From the human T2T-CHM13v2.0 reference genome, Homo sapiens, in NCBI RefSeq assembly GCF_009914755.1, contig NC_060947.1: a stretch of 64,000 nucleotides of DNA. One strand, given 5' to 3'. The translations under genes were made by a program, and so were the position numbers. Below are positions 55,072 to 64,000 of the stretch, one piece after another; position 1 is the stretch's first letter, and each line of letters begins with the position of its first letter. Below the pieces are notes generated by a model that was given only the letters and a program-made list of their open reading frames with translations, was not told the DNA's origin and made no database searches.

Positions 55072-56909
55072 GCAGCTAGCTGCTTTGCCATTGGCTACTT
55101 TAGGTGCTGCTTGAGCTGGAGTACCTGGTGTGGCTGGGACTTTAGCCCGAGCTTTAGCTGCTACAGATGTCTTTGGTTTCTGTTTCTTTGGTGCCTCATC
55201 CTCAGAGCTTGAGTCAGAATCAGAATCAGAATCAGAGCTCTTAGCCTTCTTAAGAGGAGCTTTGGCTGTCTTGGCTTGGGGCTTAACTCCCTTCTGGACA
55301 GACTTTTTCTTTTTGTCGTCCTCCTCATCATCACTGGATGCTTCACTGCTGCTGCTCTCTGATGCTTTGGCGATAGCCTTTCCAGGAGGCTGAGACAAAC
55401 TTGCTCACAGCCTTCTTACCTGGAGGCCCTTGAGCTTCTTCCTCCTCCTTGCTGCTGTCCTCACTACTGTCACTGGATGAAGCCTTCTTCTTAGCTTTCA
55501 TAGTCACTGATCCATTTATTTGCCTGGAACTTTTGCTTTGGGGACTTAGCAGACTTGAGACAGAAGCTATAGACATCCAAGAGGGAAGAGGCATTGGCAT
55601 CCTGCTGTGTAGCTCCTGTGGGTTTGGCGAATATATTGGCTATCACACAGGAAGTCGAGCACAAGGGGATACAGGTCTGTGGGAACCACACAGGCCAGTG
55701 TCTGCCATCCTCTGGGCAATACATACATGTGACTACCATTGTCTATTGGTGCTATTTTTAAGTTGCCTACTTAACAATTATTTAGGGTAACGCAGCGGGT
55801 AATCAAAAGATTGACAGTCTAAAGTGTGGGAGACAAACTATTTGAAGACTAGCAAATAAAAATCTTACAATCTATAAGATATGCTTCTGTCTATGTTTCT
55901 ACTTGCTTAACTTGTCTATAAACTTATGTCCTTAGATTTCAGCCTTTGGGGGCCATGACAAGACTTAGCTTCAAGTATTGTTTGCCTTGGTCTCCGCATC
56001 TAATACATAACTAAAATTGTTTACCTCTTAAGTTTTTCACTAAAAATAAAGGCCACTAAGAGTTAACATTGTCATTAATACATGTCATTAAAACTACTAG
56101 ATACAGGGAAAATTCTATATGCATTGTACACACAAAACATACAATGTGTTTTGGGATTTTTATAAAAGTGTTATAAAAAGGCATACGAATGTGGTTTCTC
56201 TTAGAGAGAAAGCAATTTTGCCTAGTTTAGAGAGTTTAAGAATTGTAAATTAAACTAATAAGACATAATGGCTAAAATTAAACAGATGCAGAAAGTTGGA
56301 AAAGAAAGTAAATTTTGTCCTAAAGTGATAGAACAAAACTGAAGGTTTAAGCAATTTGTAGAAGGTTTATGAAAAATTGATCTTGTGACAGGAGTTCTGT
56401 GTGTCATCAAGTTGGCTACAATTTAAAGGGGATTATTTAGTTTTCCTATAAACTGAACATTAATGTCAAAATCACACTTACACAGCGCCAGAGTCTGTGT
56501 GCCCCTGTGTCAGAATAACAAGGTTTTCCTGTAAAATTGATCTGTTCTTCAATAAAAAAAAATAAAAATTTATAAAAGTCTTATGGAAATCTTACCTTAT
56601 GATCACACTGATTGAGATTAGATATATTTGTTTATAAAATTTTATTAAAATTAACTTCAGTGTTAATAATACACTAATGCAAAGGTAAAATTTAGTTTTC
56701 TCTTTTGAAAAAGATTTTCATGTAGTATTAAAAGACAGTGAAATATTTCTTTTTACCTTTTGAGTAAATGGCAGAGAAAGAGGGGAGAGAGAGAGACAGA
56801 TTAAACTGGCATCAAGCTGTTTTTATTATGTCTTATCGTTTGGAAATTGGAGTCTCCTCTCTATTAAAGAGTAAAGGATTTTGCTTTTGAAAATCTTTAA
56901 TTATCACTT

Positions 56910-56935
56910 TGGCTAAATGGCTAAATGGCTAAATG
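56910..56935. repeat. (TGGCTAAA)3 tandem repeat
   Basis: Direct reading. Confidence 0.9.
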
Positions 56936-57812
56936 AGTTACTTTACAGTGACCTATGATCCTATTTTGTGACATCAGATGTTTTAAATCTTTGATATTTG
57001 ACAAACTTTGCAAAATCATATTCTAAATTCAGCCTTCAGCTTTGGATGTTAGGATCCCTAACATTCAAGAGAGACATATTTGGCTTATGTGGTGTATTAA
57101 AATTATACAGGACGCTTTATCAAATATGAAATGATGTTTAACTTTCTTTGAGTTATAGTTTATATAAATGTGCTATTAATGTGTTCCAAATTGTATGAGA
57201 TTTCTATAATTCTGATGTCTTAATGTTATCAGTAATAATTATGACTATTATTGTAATTGCTGTATTCCAGAGCAATAACCAAATTTCCTTGTTAATTGTG
57301 TCTTCAACAACAGCTGTTCTAATATTTTTGTCATGCACACACAATTGTTGTTTTACTTTGATTTTTCTAAAAAAAATCAGTTTGTGGTCTGCTACAGTCC
57401 AAAAGCTTCTTTAGGAAAGTTCATGAAAAGCACTGTGATGCTCTTCAATGCAGGTTTCTGATAATGTTAAAGGGTTTGTGTGTCTCGACTAGAGAGAAAA
57501 CTTCCAGGACTCTCAATGGAGAGCTGATGTGTTCATGAGGCCTGCTGGCCCAATATCATGTAATATAGGAGTTAATTGCATGGGACTAAACTAGTAAATA
57601 CCAGAAAGTTTTTAAATAACTTTTTGGTTTGAAACATTGCCGATTCTTTTTGTGTTTCTTTCCAGAGTTAAGAAAACTTTTCCTGTTAAGCTATTTATAG
57701 CTGACCACAAATTGAAAAAGTATATATATTCTTGTGAGCAAAAGTTAAAGCATATTTCTTTGTACCTGATTTCTCCAGAATTGGGAAACTATTTGCAAGT
57801 TTTCTTATTTTA

Positions 57813-58199
<387 letters not shown>

Positions 58200-58729
58200 T
58201 TACCAAGGTTTTGTCTGGAATGGCATGTTTTCAGATATGACCAGACTGCTTTGAGGGGTGGAGGTTGACTTTAGAGAGAGACAGTAAAATACCCTTAGAA
58301 AGACTGGCCTGGTATCTTTTTCTATGTGATTCCTTTACAAGTTTCTGACCTGTTATAAGTAAAAATGTCACTTTTTGACAGAGTCAAGAAACCCAGGTAA
58401 TTTTGGTAACTTGAGATGGGAGAAATGTCCCCAGTTCGTGGACATCTGCAGGTACAGAAAAATCACTGGCTTGGCTAAGCTGAAGAGGCATTTAACAAGT
58501 CTAAACTGAAATTCATTATTTAAGAAATTTCCAGCAAAGCCAAGTTAAAAGAGCCTATATAGCCAATAATTATTCCTGTAGCACTTTATGCAAATCATTG
58601 GTCAAGTATAAATCTTCTTAAACTTGTTTTGCAAATAAATTTGTCCCACTATGATTTGTCTTTTGTAGAAATCGGGGACCTAGAGAGAAAAAAATATTGT
58701 AAAATTATAGCTAGCTACCCCGCTGGCTA

Positions 58730-58796
58730 CATAGATATAGATAGATAGATAGATAGATAGATGATAGATAGATAGATAGATAGACAGACAGAGATA
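58730..58796. repeat. (GATA)n/(GACA)n tetranucleotide repeat with a GAT interruption
   Basis: Direct reading. Confidence 0.95.
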
Positions 58797-59303
58797 TCCA
58801 ACACTTGTGTGCCTGCCTACTGATGCATGGATTCCTCAAAAAATTCTTTTAAACACCTGATTAAAACTACAGTCCACAAAAATCTATAAGGTTGCTGCTG
58901 AAATTAGAAAATGCTTCTAAGACTAAAAGAAACTAATATATAGACTGCTCCAGACATACAACAGAGTCAATGTGCAACTAAAAGAGTTAAAATAATGATT
59001 GCCTAAATAACTGCTTGGATTGAGAAGGTGGTGGTATAGAATCAGTTTCCAGGATTACTTTCTGTTTGTTGCTATAATATAATTTGGCCTTGTTTTTTCC
59101 CTTCTTTTTCTTTCTTTTTTTGTCACCATTTTTCTCTACTGGACGCAAGACTTTACAACTTCTTGGTAATGAGCCTTCCTAAATATGTGGGAACTAACTT
59201 TCAAGTAATAAATCATCAACAACAAGGGAATTAATGAAAAATAACCAGAGACTCACTTTTTAAGTGATGTTTTCTTCCAAGGATTTTGAAGCATAGGGGG
59301 AAA

Positions 59304-59813
59304 TATGAAAGATAATAGAATCTCAGGACCCCAAACTCACTTAGCCAAAGGGAAAGTTAAAAGCTTAGAAACTGAGTCACCTATGGTGATTTCCTTTTGT
59401 TCCCAAACAGATATCTGCAATTTTACAACCCTGTATCATAATCTCATTTTCTCTATTTCCTCTTTTCACTTGTTTACTTTATCTTATGTAAAATGCAGAT
59501 TTACTGAGCAAGAGATAATGCATAATTGACCTTTTCCTCTACTCCCCTTTTTACATACAAAGTGTAGACTTACTGAGGCTAACCAGAGTCTCATAAGAAT
59601 GCAACTATCTGTCTCCCTGCCCACCCTTCATCTCCTTTTTTCTGCTCCTGCATGCCTTTTCCTCTTTAAAAACAGAAGTGGCCAATATCCCTTTTAGCAA
59701 AAGTATGGGTCAAAAACGCTCCTGCGACTTGAATTATTTCCCATGCGCGCTCTCAATCTTGGTTAAATAAACCCCTATTGATTGAGACCCGCCTCGGTCA
59801 CTTTTTATTCACA
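59304..59813 (+). mobile_element. 3' LTR of the MER4-group ERV1
   Basis: tatgaaag...ggaccccaaactcac...gccaaagggaaag; AATAAA 59766-59771; ends ttcaca. Confidence 0.8.
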
Positions 59814-60660
59814 CCTCTGACAATAGGAAACACTAAATACAGCTTAACCTCTAGTCAGATATAACATAAGGCTTCACTTTTAAGGTCTATTTACTTCAGC
59901 TCCCTTTACACAGTACACCACATCTGGTTTGCAACACAAAGTTACGAGGCACACTAAGGGAGAAAAAAAACGCAGCTTGAAAGACAGGCCTCAGAACTAG
60001 ACTCATATAATGATAGCAATGTTGGAATTAGTATACTAAAAGTTTTAAATGACTATAATTAATACAATAAAGGCTGTAATGAAAAATGTTTGAAAATGTG
60101 CAGAAACAAATTGTAACTTAGCAGAAAAGTGAAACCTCTATAATTGAAAAGAAAATAGAAATTTTTAAAAAGTAAATAACAGAAATAAAAATGCATTTGA
60201 TAGACTCAGCAACAGACTGGAGACAACAACAGCAAAAAGAATTACTAAGCTTGAAGAACCCAATAGAAATTTCTCACACTAAACAACGAAGAGAAAAAAA
60301 TAAGAAAAAAATAGAATGGAGTATCTAAAAACTGTAGGAAAATTAAAAACTTGTAACATATGAAGAGTGGAAAGATTGAGAGAGAAGAAAGAGATGAAGA
60401 AATGGAAAAATATATATATTTGAAGCCAGAATGACTTTCCCAAAATTAATAACAAGTATATCAAATCTAAATAACAAACAGATCAAGTAAGCTCAGAAAA
60501 CACCAATCAAATTAAAGACCAAAACATTTAAGCCTACCTGTATTATGTTCAAATTAAATCATATAAACAGAAAATTTCAAAAAAGCTACAGGCGGAAAAC
60601 AACTTATTATTAAAGGAGCAAAAATAATAATTTCATACATAATTTTCAGAAATCATGCAA
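59814..60660 (+). mobile_element. Old L1M ORF1-region fragment
   Basis: cagaaataaaaatgcatttgatagactcagcaacagactgg...gaagacc-like ORF1 phrases, highly diverged. Confidence 0.65.
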
Positions 60661-62429
60661 GGTCTCTACAGTGGGCTGTCCGGTCCTCTTCTGCAGGGTT
60701 GGTGGGACACCACTGAGCAGATCTGGGGGCCCTGGCTTGCCCACGAATATCCCAATGATGAGTGCAGGCACCAGTAGTAATAGGGGTGGCTGGGAGGAGC
60801 CCCTGGTGAAGTGTGTTGAGGTCTCTGCAGGGAGGTGAGGGGGCTGTACTGGCTCTTTCTCCTAAATAAGCAGAAATGTGATTTGTTTCCTTATCACACC
60901 CCTGTTTCAGGGCTCATGACTCCTAGTTCAGATGCACACTCTAGTCTATCTCCAGACTGCAATGTGGTTGACAGCCACGGGGGAACACTTGTTTTGCAAC
61001 TCTCCATGGGAGCAGTTTCAGGTCATAACCTTGTCACTCAACCTGATACAGACAGCTTTAAGGCTCACCTGTTCTCTGATGTGGCAGTACTGCTGCTTCC
61101 TGTAAACAGGAGACACCACCTGTGGGCTTGTGCATGTACGTATTTGTTGTGGTGGTGCCACTTTGGGGCCCATGTCAGTGGGTGTTGGTCATGGTGTTGT
61201 CAGCTGGTTGGATCGGCCTGAGCTTAGGCCCTGGGGGAAGTGGTCAGGTGCCGGAAAAGTTGGAACAGGGTAGGTAGTTCCCCAGCTCCCAAGCCCCTAG
61301 ATGGCCTACTGGACAGCATGTGTGACTCCTAAGGGGCAGGACCGGAGTCAGGGTAGCCCAGAATTCAGGTGCTGGCTGTGATGGAGTGGGCTGGTCCCTA
61401 GGTCACCAGGCAAACTCTTAGGCAGGGTAGGTAGAATGCTTCAGTGGCGAGAGCCTGAGGGAACATTACAGGCGTGTCAGAGTTGGGTTTTCATAAGGGC
61501 TCTGGGCCATAGGTGAACTGTTCAATGGGGACAAGAGAGCTGTGCTGTGAGCCTTTCACTGGAGAGGGCAGGACCCCTCAGCTGGGGCAACGGAGACTGG
61601 CAGCTGTTGGGCACACGGCACACTTGCACTTCCCTCCCACCCAAATAATGCTGAACTTCACAGCTGCAGGCATGCAAAGATGCCAAGCATATTCTGTTAC
61701 CACTAGGAGTTTTCCCCTGATGAAAGCAGAGCCACGATCCACCACGGTGTTCAGGTGGGGACAAGGTCCCTGCACTGGAAGCCCAAGCTGAGGCTTGCCT
61801 GGCTTAGAGCAGTGAGGGTGGGTGGGGTGAGTCACATGGTTTACAAACTGAGTAGTTCCAAGAGAAGGGCAGAGCTGTGCCTGTCTGAAGAGTTCAGGCT
61901 GGGGCGGAGTTGCTGTGCTGGAAGCCCTGATGGGAACTTTGCCTGTGGAGGAGGAGCACAGCCTTCTGACGACACTGTGGCTGCAGCCTCTAGCAGGATT
62001 ATTGCACTGAACTGGGCTGCTCAGGGATCCAGGACCTGTGGGGCTCCATGTGGGCTTGAGCAGCACCTCTGCAAAGACTCCCAGCAGCTCTCTGTGTCGG
62101 TCTAGAGGCCCGGGGCTGGAGTTAGGGGGATTCTGCCATGCCCAGGGTTGCAAAGGTCCCTGTTGGAAGTGTGAATCTCCCGGGCACTCTCCCTCACTCA
62201 CCTTTTCCCCATGGTAGGGAGTTTCTCACTGGTGCGCACTAGTCCTGGGCGGGTGGCTGCCCAGCTTCAGTCCTTTCTGTTCTCTGTGGGTGCCTTGCTT
62301 CCTTGGTAAATCCTGACACGGTCTCAGATGATTCCCTTGAAGAGCTAGTATTTACTCACCATTATGTTTCCTCTTCATGAGATCGCTACACACTAGCTGC
62401 TTCTAGTAAGCCATTTTGGACCAACCTCC
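60661..62429 (-). mobile_element. Long 5' UTR of an old L1PA (PA13-16/L1P4-like)
   Basis: - strand starts GGAGGTTGGTCCAAAATGGCTTACTAGAAGCAGCTAGTGTG; GC-rich, CpG-decayed; followed by TSD copy aaatatcaagctttt (62430-62444) then aaaa. Confidence 0.8.
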
Positions 62430-63305
62430 AAATATCAAGCTTTTAAAAAGAATAAAAAGCCATCTTATCTGGTACACTTGAAATACAAATTTTGAATTTT
62501 GAAATTATGTTTCGTCTGAGCAGGAGGCTTGCTGGCATGACTTGGCCTGCAAAATTGACCTACTTTGATCTTTGTAATTAAACGAGACTTTTGAACTTCT
62601 TCTCTGTAAATGAATTCTTCAAAATGGTCATTAAAGATACTCCTCGTACGTCTTTGTTCATATTTTTTGTTTTAAATAAAGATTGACTTGCCATCAGTAA
62701 CAAATGTAAAACTAATACAAAGACACTATCTGGAGTAGGCCGTAAATGTACTGGTCTGTGTATACCCGGCATCTAGGAAGTAAATAATAATAATTATGGC
62801 ACTTATTATTACATGGGATAGCAAAGCATTTATTGACACCCAAAGCTTCAGGTGAAACACAGAATTAAATGGCTTCTCTAATTAGATGGCTCCGCTAGAA
62901 AGGAAGGTGCAAAATATTACGGAAGAGCATTGATCACAGTGCATTGGCCCATTATTACCCAAATTCTGAACGATAAAGGATGTTTTTTAATTAATTCTCT
63001 ATCTCCCCATTGAATTATTGGACTCCTCACCACGTTTTCCATTGCTTGAATGACATATGGGAGTGATCACCTGTCTGCTGCTATAGGTGTGGAATATGGG
63101 AATCAGTTCTTTTCCTAGGTCTGTTCTTAGGCAGGCAGATTTGATTTTGTGTCCGGACAGCAATTCCAAGACAGTCAGCACCATTACTCCCAGAATTGTA
63201 TTTCTAATCACAGGACAATAAATTTCTAATTAGACACCAACTTATGTAAAATAAACATGTAGCAGAAAAGCCAGGAAAAATTAAGTTAGGTTAGAAGTTA
63301 AAAGT

Positions 63306-63431
63306 AGCCGGGTGTGATGGTGTACACCTGTAGTCCCAGCTACTTTGGAAGCTGAGATAGGAGGATCATTTGACCACAGGAGTTCAAAGTCAGCCTCGGC
63401 AATAAAATGAGACCCCCATTCCCTTCCAAAA
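63306..63431 (+). mobile_element. Free Alu monomer (FLAM_A-like)
   Basis: agccgggtgtg...cctgtagtcccagctact...gagacccc; duplicated aaaagtagcc. Confidence 0.8.
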
Positions 63432-63437
63432 AAGTAG

Positions 63438-63786
<349 letters not shown>

Positions 63787-64000
63787 CTAAATCTCAATTT
63801 TTAAATCAGCAATGTGAGTGCAACAATATTTGATAATTTAGATTTGCTGCTTGTGTTTTCCTTGTATATTATGTCTGGGAAGTTGACATAATATATGGCC
63901 ATACTTAAGGGGCCATGAAATGCTCAGTTAATATGGTATATATTAGGTGCTCAATAAGTAATTGTTAAACAAAATTTTAAAAATTGGAAACTGAAGAAGG

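Larger units (their letters stand above)
52466..55742 (-). pseudogene. NOLC1P1: Processed pseudogene of NOLC1 (Nopp140); former CDS 55708-53623 with frameshifts and stops, 3' UTR truncated
   Basis: Intronless. N-terminal TGATQQDANASSLLDVYSF..KSAK; alternating acidic Ser and basic Lys/Pro/Ala repeats; C-terminal SRP40-like ...FTKGKSF..EKTKK...GGSISVQVNSINFDSE*. The parent NOLC1 is recognised from the peptides; the P1 symbol and the 3' UTR extent are from recall. Confidence 0.93.

Noticed and set aside
50008-55742. NOLC1-L1 template-switch chimera (same strand, mRNA fused to an L1 3' half)
   Set aside because: The flank after the NOLC1 5' end does not match the L1 tail-side TSD, whereas the flank at 62430-62444 does. 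A DNA-level replacement fits better, though the chimera is not formally excluded.
58730-58796. Identification as a named forensic STR, or assignment of a chromosome position
   Set aside because: No flanking sequence I can recognise with confidence; needs genome mapping.
61578-62201. 207-aa ORF and GC-rich region as a gene or CpG-island promoter
   Set aside because: Lies within a CpG-decayed L1 5' UTR; no recognisable domain.

Overview
Primate (very probably human) repeat-rich intergenic or intronic DNA. I find no intact protein-coding gene, RNA gene or CRISPR array, and no evidence of a new gene system. The only gene-derived sequence is a disabled processed pseudogene of NOLC1/Nopp140 on the - strand (~52466-55742). 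The rest is Alu, L1, L2, MIR, MaLR/ERV LTRs, DNA-transposon relics (MER20, MER5A, MER58A, Tigger3-like, MADE1) and microsatellites. The interest is in the insertion architecture read from target-site duplications (TSDs). (1) An old L1 whose 3' end (50008) and 5' end (62429) share a TSD, but whose middle is replaced by an ~8.2-kb block carrying the truncated NOLC1 retrocopy, half an ERV and an older L1 fragment. (2) Two L1 3' transductions, at 5035-5254 and 53401-53434. (3) A four-level nest L1 > THE1 provirus > MER50-like LTR > Alu. (4) A twin-primed L1 containing a 24-nt mini-Alu. (5) A three-armed Alu. Subfamily names come from recalled consensus sequences, not a RepeatMasker run, and boundaries of old elements are approximate.
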